Shown in pieces: positions 39,101-52,409 of a stretch of 64,000 bases of DNA. The stretch spans positions 35,156,001 through 35,220,000 of the forward strand of contig NC_045697.1 in the NCBI RefSeq assembly GCF_009834535.1. The letters are read 5' to 3'. Both the position numbers and the translations under genes were made by a program. The DNA comes from Camelus ferus. Lineage: Eukaryota. Each line of letters starts with the position of its first letter. Position 1 is the first letter of the stretch. The notes under the pieces are model-generated. The model had not been told where the DNA came from and did no database searches. It worked only from the letters and a program-made list of their open reading frames with translations.

Positions 39101-41005
39101 AGTAAAATTTGTGGGACACAGCAAAAGTAATCCTTAGAAGGGAAGTTTTATTTTAGAAGAAGAGATCTAAAATCAATAAGCTAAGTTTCACTTTAAAAAA
39201 TACTAATAAGAGTAATGAATGCAAAGTAACGAGAAGAAAAGAAATAATAATAATTAGGGCAGAAATTAATGAAATTGAAAACGTGAAATTAATGGAGAAA
39301 ATCAACTAAACCAAAAGCTGGTTCTTTGAAAACACAAAAATCGGTAAAATCAATAAACCACTAGCCAGGCTAATTAAGGAAAAAAGAGAAAAGACACAAA
39401 TCACTAATATCAGAAATGAAAAAGGGACATCACTACAGATTCCGTGAATATTTAAAAGGACGAAGGAATACTGCAAACAACCCTATATTCCTAGTGGAAA
39501 TGGATCAATACTTTGAAAGACATAATCTGCAAGAACTCACACAGGAAGAAATAGACAATCTGACTAGGCTTATACCTATTAAAGAAATTGAAACAATAAT
39601 CAACATTCCAAAACAGAAAGCACCAGGCCCTTCACAAAAATTAACTTAAAATGTATCATAGACCTAAATGTGAAATGAAAAACTATAAAACTCTTAATAG
39701 ATAAAACAGTAGAAAACCTAGATGACCTTGGGAATGGCAATGATGTTTTGAATGTAGCACCAAAAGCACAATCCATGAAAGAAATAGATAAGGATATTGA
39801 TAAGCTGGACATCAGTAAAATTAAAAACTTCTGCTCTGCAAAAGACAGTATCAAGAGAATAAGAAGACAAGCTACAGACTGGGAGGAAATATTTGCAAAA
39901 TACACATCTAATAAAGGGTTGTTCTAAAAAAAAAAAAATACAAAGAACTCTTAAAACTCAACAAAGAGAAAACAAACAACCCAATCAAAAAATGGGCCAA
40001 AGACCTTAACAGACATCTCACCAAAACAGGTATTCAGATAGAAAATAAGCATAGAAAAAATGTTCCACCGCATATGTCATTAGATAAATGCAAATTTAAA
40101 CAACAATGAGATACTACTGCATACCTATTAGAATGGCCAATTTCAGAACAATGATGATACCAAATACTGGACAGGATGTAAAGAAACAGGAACTCTCATA
40201 TGTTGCTGGTGAAAATGCAAAGTGGCACAGCCACTTTGGAAAACAGTTTGGCAGTTTCTTACAAAACTAAACACGCTTTTACCGTACAACTCAGCAGTTG
40301 TGTTCTTTGGTATTCACCCAAGTTGAAAACATGTCTATGCAAAAACCTGCACATGGATGTTTGTTTTTAGCAGCTTTATTCATAACTGCCAACCAAGATG
40401 TTCTTCAGCAGGTGAATGGATAAACTGTGGTACAACCAAACAATGGAAAATTACTCAATACTAAAAAGAAATGAGCTATCAAGCCAAGAGAAAACATGGA
40501 GGAATCTTAAATGCATAATGTTAAGGAAAGCCAATCTGAAAAAGTTACATACTGTATGATTCCAAATATATGACATTCAGGAAAAGACAAAACTATGGTG
40601 ACAGTAAAAAGATCAGTGGTTGCCAGCCAGCAAGGGGTGGGGTGGGGGGGTGGGATGAACAGGCAGAGCACAGATGACTTTTAGGGCAGGGAAAACATTC
40701 TGTATGATATTATAATGGCGGATATATGTCATTACACATCTGACTAAATACAATGTACAACACCAAGAGTGAGTCACAATGTAAACTAGGGACTCTGGGT
40801 GATTAATGATGTCAATAATACAGGTTCATCAACTGTAATGAATACACCGTCCTAATGGGGGATGTTGGAGAGTCTATGCATGAATGGGAGAAGGAGTGTA
40901 TGGGAAATCACAGCCTAATTCCTCTCAATTTGGCTCTGAAACTAAAACTGCTCTCTTAAAAAAATAAAAAATAAAGTCTATTAGGTTTTTTTAAATAAAA
41001 AAAAG
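36152..41005 (+). mobile_element. Near full-length L1MC element (5'UTR, decayed ORF1, endonuclease, RT domain deleted, 3'UTR)
   Basis: 5' gagaagtgaggtcacagggcaaac motif; ORF1 remnants ~37000-37900; EN translation MIKGSILQEGITIFNVYLPN...ITVGELNTP (38571-38885); KAPGP joined to PFTKIN at 39630; L1MC 3' end aactaaaactgctctc...aataaagtcta. Confidence 0.9.
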
Positions 41006-41899
41006 AAAACCTTGCCTTCTGTGATCTGGCTCTAATTCCAATTATTTCTACTTTTCTTAAAAGTCAGATTTTCAGCTTTGGTTGCCACTAAAATATAAAT
41101 TATTTGGAAAGTTTTAAATGACATGTATTGCTGTACCAAAGACAATACCACAATTTTGACTTATTATAGACCAGTCTTTCCATTAAAATTAATTTTTGAA
41201 AATTAATTTTTGAAAATAATTATAAAGTTCATTTTGTTTTAGCAAATATTTGGATTTTATTCCTGGGTGCAGCAAATAATTTTACATGAAAATGAAACTT
41301 ACAGAAATCTTTGCAGAGACTGCTTTTATGTGGTCTGTGATGAAAACCAATTTACAATATGACAAGTTGTGTAGAAATTTTTAAGGGTGTGTGTATAGGC
41401 ATTTTTAAAGTGAGAAATCCGTAGTTTTCATTAGATTCTCAAAAGGGGCCATCACTCAGATAAGACTGAGAATGGCAAGTTTTTAGGTCTCAGTTAAATC
41501 AAGACATTCACCCACTATTCAACACTGAGGCTTCCACTATGATTAATCATGAAACCCTATCTGACCTCCATCCTATATCTGTTCTCCTTTCCAAAGACAT
41601 AAAAAGAAAATAATTTATTGTCATCCAAGTACTTAGGGAAGTACTAGAGAATACCATAAGAATCCATTATTAGATGAAAGACGACAATAGGAAGTCAATT
41701 AAATCACCCCAGTAATCTTTTTCTTTTTTTTTAAAAGGATACATTCACATATGGTTGATGGAATCCTGGAAAATAATTCAGGGTCCATGTGTCAGGACAT
41801 TAAAATGTCCACAGCTTTTAACTCAATAAAGGGACATTTACCAAAAAGAAATACTCCAAAAGCAGGTCTAAAATACATATATATGCAGAAGGATGCTTC

Positions 41900-42080
41900 A
41901 CTGCACAGTTAGGAACACAGGCTCCAGAGCCAGCCTGCTAGGATTGACTAATGAGCTGTGCAACGTGAGGCAAGTCACTCAACCTGTTTCCACACTTATT
42001 TTTAAAAGGGATAATAAAAGTGCCTATTTCAAGAGTGTTTCATAAAGATTAAATATGTTAAAACACTCAGCACACAAGCA
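41900..42080 (+). mobile_element. MIR SINE
   Basis: aggctccagagccagcctg...agctgtgcaacgtgaggcaagtcactcaacct. Confidence 0.7.
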
Positions 42081-42089
42081 GCCCTCTGT

Positions 42090-43540
42090 AAGCTCACTTA
42101 AACACACTAAGCATTAATTATGTGTCAGGCACTGTCCTAGGCAGTTAGGTTACATCAATGAACAAAAGAGAAGATTCCTGCCCTTCTCATAGCTTATATG
42201 CTAACAAGGAACAGTAGATAAAATAGGTAAATTATGGGGCATGAAAAGGTGAGAGAAGCTACGGAAGAAAAAGTAGAGGAGAATCGCAGAGCGAAGGCAA
42301 GTGCCGGGGGTGGCAGAGGTTGCAATTTTTGAACAGTGAGAACACTTCTTGTTAAAAAGGTGACATGTGAACAAAGATCTGCAGACTCAGCCAGGTAGAT
42401 ATCAGGAATAAGCATGTTCCAGCCATGGGAAGAGTCACAAAGGCCCTGAAGTGGGAACATGCCTGGCACATTAGAGCAAGAACAAGGATGATTAGAGCAA
42501 ATGGGTGAGGGAAAGAGTCCCAAGGAAAAAAAAAGATGAGAGAGGTTAACGAGGGACCAGCTTAGGTAGGGCTGCAGGCAGCTGTGCTCTGGGGAGCCAC
42601 AGCAGGGTTTGCAGAAGAGGAACACGATTGTCATACATTTAAAAGGATCATTCTGGCTACTGTGCTGAGAACAGAGGACAGGGGAGAAGCACTGACGCAG
42701 GGGAACTCTCAGTGGGAGGCTATTTGTGACTGAAGTGTTAGCAAAACTCTTGTCTTTCAGCAGGAGAAGTTGCTCCTGGATTTCAGTTCACCTTCTAGCT
42801 CTGTTCCCCTGGAAACCATACAGGCAGAATGTCAGCTGTGTTACTAGGCAACATTGATGACCATTGGTAAATTGCTTGCGATGGAAGAACTATAAATACC
42901 AGGTGAGCAGCTGTAACTTTGGACTTCTCTTAGTGCGATGGCTCCTGTAATTGGGCACATACCTTGTAGGGACCCTGGAAGCGATGCTTATGGGTTGTTA
43001 CAAAAGATAATGGCTCTTAGGGAACATGGGGCTCCTAAGCAAAGTTAGTTACATACCTAAGCTTCACGTGGAAGAGGGGAGAGGCACAGAGAATGGTTCT
43101 GGCTGTTCTGTGGATTGCTACAAGGACTCCTACCAAAGAGAATATCTGATGCTTCACTGCTGGTAAGCTGTGTTTCCTGTTCCATATCCTATTAAGTGAA
43201 TCTGTTGTCCAATGTGGCCTATGGCAATCCATACATCTGTCTGAGTCTAAGACAATTCCCTGGACAGGCATTGCTCTGTTGCAGTAACCCAGGCAAGAAA
43301 GGCAGTGACTTGGACCACGATGGTAGTGGAATAATTAGGAAAAAATAGTAAGATTGGATATATAACTTGAAGGGAGAGCTTATAGGATCTTCTAATGAAT
43401 AAAGTGAGGGATGTGTGAGAAAGAATAAAGTTAGGGATAATGGCAAGCAACTAGAAAGATGAAGTGAAAAATCTTGGGGAGGGAGGACTGGAGAACAGGA
43501 GTTCAATTTTAGACAAGTTAATTTTGAGTTGAGGGTCATT
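42090..43540 (-). mobile_element. L2 fragment split by an LTR insertion
   Basis: tatgtgtcaggcactgtcctagg...tttaaaaggatcattctggctactgtg...ggaggctatt | ttgcagtaacccaggcaaga. Confidence 0.8.
42725..43274 (+). mobile_element. Solo LTR (family unassigned) inserted in L2
   Basis: starts TG, TATAAATA ~42891, interrupts colinear L2, imperfect 5-bp TSD ctatt/ctgtt. Confidence 0.6.
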
Positions 43541-43858
43541 CATCATCTCACTTTCTTCTCAATGACCCCAAATGGCTGCAGCAGCTCCACATATCATGAG
43601 CTCACATAACCACTTCCAGAAGGGGTGTGCCTTCATAAACTAAAGGAAACCTGACTCCCAGAGGACTTCCATTATATGTCACCATGCCTAAGCCAATCAG
43701 TGGCTGGGAGAAGGAAACTAACACGATTGACTTTAGGCTGAGCAACATTTACAAACTGCCCCTCAGGGTTGGAGGGGAGCCCATGAAGCAAATGAGTAAA
43801 ACTGGGCTTCTTTCAGCAAGGAAAGAGAAGAATGAATAATAGGTGCAGTGTCTGTCAA
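43540..43858 (-). mobile_element. Old MLT1 LTR fragment
   Basis: aaatggctgcagcagctcca...cctaagccaatcagtggc...aaaactgggcttctttcagcaaggaaag. Confidence 0.6.
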
Positions 43859-43859
43859 A

Positions 43860-44530
43860 GATATCATCAAGGGTTTTGAATGAACCACCCACATTGATGT
43901 TAAGATTACCCAGAATAAAAGAAGATCAGCAATAAAGTATAGGTACAAAGTTAAACAGGGAGCAAGGTGATGAATGAATAAAAGAAGTGACCTACCCTCT
44001 GTTCCATAAGAAAGACATCCAGACAAATCCGGAGAAACTTCATAACCAAGAAATTATTCTAAATGATTTGAGGGAAAACCAAGAATTAAGAATCCGACTA
44101 AAATCAAACTCTCAACTGTAGAAGACAGAGCAATGTCTGGAAAACTTTCAGAGTGAAATAATTTTGACCTAGACTTTTACGTCCAAATGATCAAGTGAGA
44201 GGGCAGAATAAAGACATTTTCAGACAGGTAAGGACATTGAGGGTATTCTCTAGCAAACAAGAAAGATAACCAATAAAGTAGACATGAGAACGCAAGAAAC
44301 AGTGGAAATGATCCAAAAGTGAATTGAAAAAGAAATCCCAGAATGGCAGCTGTGCAGCACAACTAGACAATAATTCATCCTATTAAGACAGAAAATTAGT
44401 GAACTCCATGAAGGGAAAGAGGAATGGATTCTGTTCAAAAGACAGAATAACTAAGAAGCTGGCTTAATGACAGGAATGTGTTTCTTTTCTCAACAGAAGA
44501 AAAAAAAAAAAAAAGATAAGCAACAGAAAA
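43860..44530 (+). mobile_element. HAL1/L1 ORF1-like fragment
   Basis: aataattttgacctagactttta...gagggcagaataaagacattttcagaca. Confidence 0.5.
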
Positions 44531-44934
44531 TTCCAAGCTGTCTACCCACAGCTTTTCCTCCCTCATTCCTTGCTAAAGGAACATAATTTTGTCTTTATTT
44601 TTTTTTTTTTAAGACAGCAGGTGAGAAGCACAGGATTAGGAAAGGTAGCCCTGCCCCCAGACCCACGGGATGAATCACTTCAGGTCTAAACTAGCCCTGG
44701 AAATCCCATTCTCCTCTGCCAGCAATTGGCCAGAGCAATTGAGGTGAACAAATAACTCAGTTTAGGCCAATGAGACTTACAGGAAAGTCACCTGGGGAGC
44801 TTCTCAGAAAGGCTTTCCTCCAAGATAAAGAGAGATCTGATAGGGGGAGGGGAGGATATTTGCTATGAAGAGCATTATTGAGCAACTGGTGAATTTGAAT
44901 ATGGACTGTATATTCGATAATAGTAGTATATCAT

Positions 44935-45286
44935 GATAGGCATGGAAATATACCACTCACATCCAAAAGACTCACTACCAGGTGTGAGAAGTGTGGTTAA
45001 GCGGTTAGCTTTATCAGAGTGGGCTTCAGCCTTCAAGAAGGTCTCGCTGTTCAACAGATGGTTCTCAGCCCATAACTGAGCAAGGCAAGGTACAGGACAA
45101 GCAATCTCTGCCCAACAGGGAACTCACCTAGTGGACAGTCTTGACCCCAGATCTGCTCATTCTGCTGCCAGACAGGGTGTCATCACACCTGACAGCTCCA
45201 CCTGCCCAATCCCAGTCCCGTGTTTACTTCTGTGCAGTACTAATTCTGGCTCAGCATCTGCTTCCCAGAGACCTCAACCCGTGACA
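44935..45286 (+). mobile_element. LTR16-like ERVL LTR fragment within an L1ME 3' end
   Basis: ends ctcagcatctgcttcccagagacctcaacccgtgaca. Confidence 0.55.
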
Positions 45287-46189
45287 ATTAAATTTCCTGA
45301 ATTCAATCATTGTTACGTGATCGTACCTCTCCTTAGGCAATATGCGGTAAAACATTTTAGGGTAAAGAATCATGATCTCTGCAAGTTTCTCTCAAAAGAT
45401 TCACCAAAATAAAAACAACTGGATCTAGATCTATAGAGACAAAGACAAAGATAAAGGCAAATATAGGTAAATGTTTGTAACTGATGAATCCAGGTGAAAG
45501 TTAAGACAGTTCATATTACTAGTCTCCCAACTGTTTTGTTTTAAAATTTTTCAAAAATACATTTTAAAAGGGGAGAAGATCCAAAAGAAGCACCCATCCT
45601 ATCCCCTTTCTCCTGTCTTTTAGTAAGTGAAAAAAAGATACACAGCAGCCACTGGCAGCGAGAGAAGGGGCAGGACCATCAGATATGCCACCTGTGGTCG
45701 GATACTCTGTCAAATGCTGCCAAAAACAACCAAAATGACACACCAGGAAAAACAAAAAAGCTATTCAAGGAAGTAATAATTCAAGTGTAAAAACACATAC
45801 ATATGACACGATTTTGAGGAACTGATAGATTAGAGGAAAAGAGAACGCATTTATCTTTGACTCTAGGAACATCAACCTTCCATTGGCATGGGGTCACGAC
45901 ACTGGCCTGGAGAAAAAGAAATGTAACCATGACTCCCTCTTCGCTCTGCAATTAATATTTGCATTTTAATTAAAAGCGGTAGGACCAACATAAAAACAAA
46001 GCACAAAGATCTCATTAATGTTACAGCACAGAATATAAATATTTTCAACCTTGTCAGTATAAAAGGTACAGCTGATGGAAGTGGGGAGATGGAGTGGGAG
46101 AGGGCAAAAGAAGCAGTAAAAAAGCACAATTTCAATTTTGAATCCCATAAGGCTAGAAATCTCTAAACATATTCCACTTGACTCATTTT

Positions 46190-47618
46190 TTCCAGCTTTT
46201 TGAGATAGTTCACATACCATAAAATTCACCAATTTATTCACTTTTAATTAGGATCTTTGTCTTTACTGAACTGTAAGAGTTCTTTATGCAACCTTGATAC
46301 AAGTCCCTTACTAGATACGACTTGCAAATATTTTCTCCCATTTTGTAGGTTGTCTCTTCACTTTCTTGATGGTATCCTTTGAGGAACAAAAGTTTTTAAT
46401 TTTGGGGGGAGGGTATAGCTCAAGGGGTAGACTGCATGCTTAGCATGCACGAGGTCCTGGGTTCAATCCCCAGTACCTCCTCTAAATATAAACAAATGAA
46501 TAAACCTAATTACCTCTCCCCTCAAAAAAAAAAAAGTTCTTAATTTTGATGAAGTCCAACTTTCTTACTTTATCTTTTGTTGATTGTGCTTTTAGTGTTA
46601 TATGTAAGAAGGTTTTGCCAGACCTAAGATCACTAAGATTAATTCATATTGTCTCCTAAGAATGTTGTAATTTTAGCCATTACATTTAGGTCTATAATGC
46701 ATTTTTAGTTAATTTTTGTGTATGGTGTGAGGAAGAGGTTTAAACTACTTCTTTTGCATGTGGAGCTCCAGATGCCTCAGCACCATTTGCTGAAAAGGCT
46801 ATGCATTACCTGTTGAATTGTCTTGGTACCTTTATCAAATAAAAAATATTAGCTGATCATAGAGTTTATTTCTGAACTCTCAATACTATTCAATTGATTT
46901 ATAAGTACTGACATTTTTTTAAATTAAGGTAAAAGCTACATAATACAAAATTAGCCATTTAAAGTGGACACTTCAATGGCATTTAATACATTCACAATGT
47001 TTTGCAAGCAACAACACCTCTATCTAGTTCCGAAGTATTTTCACCACCCCAAGAGGAAACCCATACCCATTAGGCAGTCACTCCACATTCCCCATGCCCC
47101 TGGTAACCACGAAACTGATTTATGTCTCTATGGACTTACTTGTCCTGGAGAGTTCATATCAATGGAATCATAAAATATGTGATCTTTTGTGTCCAACTTC
47201 ATTCACTAAGCATAATGTTTGAGGTTCCTGCACTTTGAAGCACTTATCAGTACTTCATTTTATGGCTGAATAATATTCCACTGTACACATATACCAAACT
47301 TTGGTTATCCATTCATCAATTGATTATATTTGGTTGTTTCTACCTACCTTTTAGCTAATGTAAACTGCTATGTAAGTACCACTATGAACATTCATGTACA
47401 AGTATTTCTTTGAATACCTGTTTTCAATTTTGGGAGGTATATACACAGGAATGGAATATCTCGGTCATAAATTTAGGTTTAATTGTTTGAGTCAAACTGT
47501 TTTCCACAGTAGCTGTACCATTCTAAACTCCTACCAACAATGAACAAGTGTTCCAATTTCTCCACATCCTCGTCAACACTTAATTCTTTTCTGTTTTCTG
47601 ACTCATTTTCTAATGTCA
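46190..47618 (-). mobile_element. Two tandem L1 (L1MB-like) fragments
   Basis: ttgcaaatattttctcccattttgtaggttgtct (ORF2 end) and ggcatttaatacattcacaatg...ttttatggctgaataatattccactgt (3'UTR). Confidence 0.8.
46405..46531 (+). mobile_element. Camelid tRNA-derived SINE (well preserved)
   Basis: ggggagggtatagctcaaggggtagactgcatgcttagcatgcacgaggtcctgggttcaatccccagtacctcc; TSD aaaagtt(t/c)ttaattttg at 46388-46404 and 46532-46548. Confidence 0.95.
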
Positions 47619-47639
47619 CATCCAGAACTCAGCACAATA

Positions 47640-48300
47640 CGCCACACGTAGTCTGGACAGTACAGAATGAAGTAAGACTAACATCTTTCCTCTTCTGACT
47701 CTCCTCCCCCAGCAGTCCTGATGATGATTCTTTGAATCCTTTCTTGTAGTCAGAGTACATTTTATATCCATACCGAGTTCATTAATAGTAATTAAAATAT
47801 CTAAGTTGTTTGTAATCAGCTACAACTCCTTCATGCCTACAATTATGCAGCTGTTTTCTGAGCACATATCCAGGGCTTTACATCAAGCTCCATTAAGATA
47901 TCATGCCAAATGCGGCCCACTGTTTCACTCAGAAATACAATTTTCAAAAGTGAACCCTAAAAATTTCATTTCATCCAAAAACTTGGTAGGCATGGTATCA
48001 ATGTTTTCACTCACATCATTATAAAAACATGGGCAGTGACCTTCAGCATGTCACCAGAAATTTTTCTCCAGGTGTCATCAATTCATTTATTAATTTTTAG
48101 AGGTGCTACCCAATCACATTTCCACCTAATTTTATGGTCACCAGCCCAGTCTCCCCATGTCAACAGAGAGAAATGTTATAAAATGGCTTGCTAAAATCCA
48201 ATTATACTGTATTCTCTCGACCCACAGTCAAATAATCCTATCTAAAAAGAAGTAAGCTTAGTCTAACATAATTGTCCTTACAAAACCCATGTAATATCTT
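47640..48300 (-). mobile_element. L3/CR1 ORF2 fragment
   Basis: ccagaactcagcacaatac, cttgctaaaatcca, acaaaacccatg are reverse CR1 RT motifs. Confidence 0.6.
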
Positions 48301-49169
48301 CCTTTAAAAATATGATCATGGTCAGTGTGTTTAGTACTTATAACACAATGAACTCAAATTAGATCATACTAGGTTTCCATTCATATTTTGAGATTTAACA
48401 CATTAAAATATAATACAATGAAAAAGCAATATGTATCACTTAAGGCAATCCAGGGAATAAAGACATCTCATGTGTTATACTTCACATTATCAAGACAAAT
48501 ATGTTGTCAACTTACTGTAATTTACATTTTTGTCTTTAAAATTCTACAAGAGTCTCTCCTCAACCATAAAAAGGTCAAGAGGGAAAAAAATATATTTTTT
48601 CAACATGCTCACAAAAAATAATAAGTAATAAGATAATAAACTAGTAAACCTTAAATTTTGTGTTTCTAATAACATAGATTATTTTATTGAAACCAATTTC
48701 CCCAGTTCTTTTAAGAGCACATTCCTAGCTCAAAAATCTTTTACAAAGGCTTCAGAGATGGTTCCAGTCTAAAACAGCCTCTCTCTGCCCTTTCATGATG
48801 CCTACCACTATCTCTACCACTCACTTCACCACTCAGTCATCTGATGCTTGGTAGTTATTGTTAACTGATAAATATTATCTATAAGATGATCCTGACACAT
48901 TCTTTTCTAACGTCATCACAACTGACATAGAAAAGGTAAGCACTCAAATTCTTTTCATTTATATTGCATATTATAAACCTATAAAGAATTAAAGTGAAAT
49001 TGTCTGATAAATCTGAAGACATCTTGGAATCCTCTGGTTTTTCCCTTTCTAAAAAGGGAAAACTAGGTACAGAGAAAGAGATGTTGAAAATGACATGAGT
49101 AAAATTCAGTAGGTTGTGTTAAGAGAGAAGGAATATTTATTTAACTCCTAATATGTATTAAGTAAGCAC

Positions 49170-49612
49170 TGTACCAGTTTCCTATTGTTGTGGTGGTAAC
49201 AGACGTATTCAAAATAGGTCTCAAGGGGCTAAAATCAAAGTGTCAGCAAGCTGCATTCCTGTCCAGAAGCTCTCAGGAGAATCCAACTTCTTGCCTTTAT
49301 CAGTTTCTAGAAGCTGCCCCAACTCCCCCCCTTTCTATCTTCAAAGCCAGCAACGGCTGCTCAGTTCCCTCTCACGATGCCATCTCTCTGGTTCTGACTC
49401 TTCCGCCTCCTGCTTCTGCTCTTAAAGACCCTTGTGATTACATTAGGCCTACCTGGTAACCTAGGATACTCTCCCTATTTTAAAATTAGCTGATTAGCAA
49501 ACTTAATTCATCTGAAACCTAAATTCCCTTCTGCCCCGTAACACAACATTCACAGGTTCCAAGGATTACGATGTGGACATCTTTGGGGAGGCCATTATTT
49601 CTGCCCACCACG
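49170..49612 (-). mobile_element. MLT1 (MLT1D-like) LTR inserted in a MIR
   Basis: tgtaccagtttccta...gacccttgtgattacattagg...gatgtggacatctttggggaggccattatt; agcac on both sides. Confidence 0.85.
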
Positions 49613-50264
49613 AGCACTATGCTGTGTGTTTAATTTTTATCTTTTTACTTAATCCCTACAACAACTCTATGAGGGAAATCCCCTTCTATTAATTTTATAC
49701 ATGAGGAATCTGAAGTTACCCATGGCACTTTTAGAGATTTTAAATAACTTAACCCAAACTGCCAGGCGTACTGGAGATACTTTTAGAAATGTTTGTGGAA
49801 CTCAACCAGGAGAATCAGGATTCAGATATCACGGCCTACAGTGGCCTGTTTCTAAAGCTCTCACTAACTCTCTTTCTGTGTGTGCGTGTGTGCATGTGTG
49901 TCTCTGTGTGTGTTTGGGAGTGAAGAGGAATGTACAAAAAGAAAGGTTTTTCTTGCCCCCTACTTTCACCAAAACCATCTCTCATCACTTTATATTTGAG
50001 ATCTCTGTGTATGATTTTGTTTAAAAAAAAAAGAAAGAAAAGGTTTTTAAATCTCTATACACCATGCTACATTCCATTTAGGCCTTGGTATATGATGTCA
50101 AAAGTTAAGAAACAAGGCTAAAATTATGTGAAAAGGTGACATGTCAGATGTGAAAATCCAACACATTTATGTATACCTGAATCACCTCTTACCTATTTTA
50201 AATGAATATCATAGTTTAAATTTGTCGATTCCTTCCAAAATTGTACAATTCTAGGGTCCAGATT

Positions 50265-50410
50265 TCTTTTAATTTGGGGTGGGGGGTGCTCTTGGTGTGG
50301 GGGAGAGGATTAGGTTTATTTATTTATTTACTTTTAGAGGAAGTACTGGAATTTGAATCCAGGACCTTGTGCATGCGCATGCACTCTACGACTTGAGCTA
50401 TACCCACCCC
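50265..50410 (-). mobile_element. Camelid tRNA-derived SINE
   Basis: aagtactggaatttgaatccaggaccttgtgcatg...cttgagctatacccacccc; imperfect TSD tagggtc..gattt. Confidence 0.9.
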
Positions 50411-51539
50411 TCTTTAGGGTCTTGATTTGAACATATAAATTATTTTTGTAACTACTTCAAGCATTCAGATAAATCTCCCAAGGTGTAATATATTGGATTA
50501 CACATTATCAACAGTTTAATATGTCTTGACACAAATAACCCATTATTTTTCAGGGTACCATCAGCCATATGGGAACGTATCTTGATAATTGACTTCCAGG
50601 TGTCCCTTCTCATCTAATAATGAACTCTTATGACATTCCCTGACCCTTCCCTAAACACCTGGTTAACAATAATTTTCTTTTTATATCCTGAAAATAATCT
50701 GCAAATACAGGATGGAGATCAGGGAAGGGATCTGTGACTGATGGCAGAAGCCTCAGTGTCAAATGGTTATCAAAGGTCTTGACTGAACTTTTACCTCTAA
50801 TGCACCCATTTTTAATCTTTCCTGGGTCATGGCCTCTGTTTTGAGAATCTGCGGACCTCTCACTAGAAAAATGCACATGAACACATACTCAAAATTTTTC
50901 ATACAACTTATTTTATTGCATTTTAAATTGACTGCCATTAGAGACCATATGAAACCAGTCTATGCAAAGATATTGTATGTCTCATTTTCAGTTTTGTGCC
51001 AAGTTTTGTTACACCCAGGAACAAAATCCAAAGTATGCAATAAAACAAACCAAATTTTAATTATTTTCAACAAACAGATACAGAGTGCTGCTGGCTGCTG
51101 GCTGTGGTGCCTCTGATACCAAAGCACAATTTCAAGAGAAAACCCACCCCTTTTACAGTGTCCTCCAGAGAGAGCCGGGGAAACACAGGTGTGAGAGAGA
51201 GAGATCTCAGGTGCCGACAGTCAAGGAAGAACAACGTTGACTGAATTTAATGAGTGTTTCCCAAAGCAGTAACATTTTCTACTTGTATGTACTTATAAAA
51301 AAGGAAGGATGTGGTATCATAAATTAGAAGATACTAAGATAAATTTAAATATTTAGGGAAAAACCACCAGGCCTGGGATGTTCCTACTACTTAGACATGC
51401 AAAATGTATTAAGTTCAAAGTGGAGTACATGCACTCCTCGAAGGAAAGGAGATCAAGCCAATAAAGTAAGAAGAAAATACCAGGAAGATTGTATATATGT
51501 GTTATCTCACATCTGAATTTCAGCTTTACTAATATTCAC

Positions 51540-52078
51540 TGTGTGAGACTGACACCATCACCCTCTCTTGGTCTTGGTCAGGCTGCTTTGGTCTTGTGGC
51601 ATTTACGTGGAGTCTGCTGCATACACTACTCAGCTCACTTGACTTTCGTCTACCCACAGACAATTAGAAAGGCGCCTTTTAAGTCAGGGGGGCGAGCACA
51701 GCTGTGGAAATATGAGATTTCTCCACAGCGTCATTCCAGCATCCATCCCCCAGCTTCCTGGGTGACCAGAAGCAGCAGCAGCAGAGGCGTCTTGATCTGA
51801 CTTCTTAATCCTGGATGGCAGCTAGGGGGCTGTCCTGTGGTTTCCAGAGTGTCTGGAGGCGAATGCAGCAGCAACAGGGGTGGCACAAGGTCCAGACTCC
51901 AGCTTAGGTCCTGGAGTGCCCTGTGAGGTGCCCTGGTGGGTTGCCTCTGAACTACTGCCCTAAAACCCGCTGTTAGGCCCTTCTAACAACTCTGTAAGCA
52001 CCTAATGCATTGTATTAAACCTCTTCTAGCTTAAAATAATCAGAAGGGTTTCTGTTTGTGACTCTGACTCCCCACACA
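51540..52078 (+). mobile_element. ERVL LTR (LTR41/LTR33-like)
   Basis: 3' end ttctaacaactctgtaagcacctaatgcattgtattaaacctcttctagcttaaaataatcagaagggtttctgttt...aca. Confidence 0.65.
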
Positions 52079-52409
52079 GTATCGCAGGGGGTAAAAAATC
52101 CCTGAAGGGAAAGGTAGCTGTTTCCCACCCTAGAGGGGTTGTTTGTGATGTCCTCACCTGTTCACTTTCAGCAGATCACAACATGCTGTGGCCCGCATGG
52201 ACCCAAGTAAGCAGATCTGCAGATCTCTTGAGAAGTATGATACCACTCGCGAATGGATTTTTAAGATTTTTGCAAAGAAATGCAGATTAAGCATAATGTT
52301 AATACAGCAAGATACAAGCAAGCGATAAGAAAATGGTCGAGCTAACAACTGCCTGTTACCAATACCAGTGCTTTATCAAAACCTGTTAAGGTAAAGATGT
52401 GCTTACCTT

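Noticed and set aside
46405..46480. tRNA-like A/B boxes (also at 19546, 22602, 25578, 30286, 50265)
   Set aside because: SINE heads with A-tails and TSDs, not tRNA genes.
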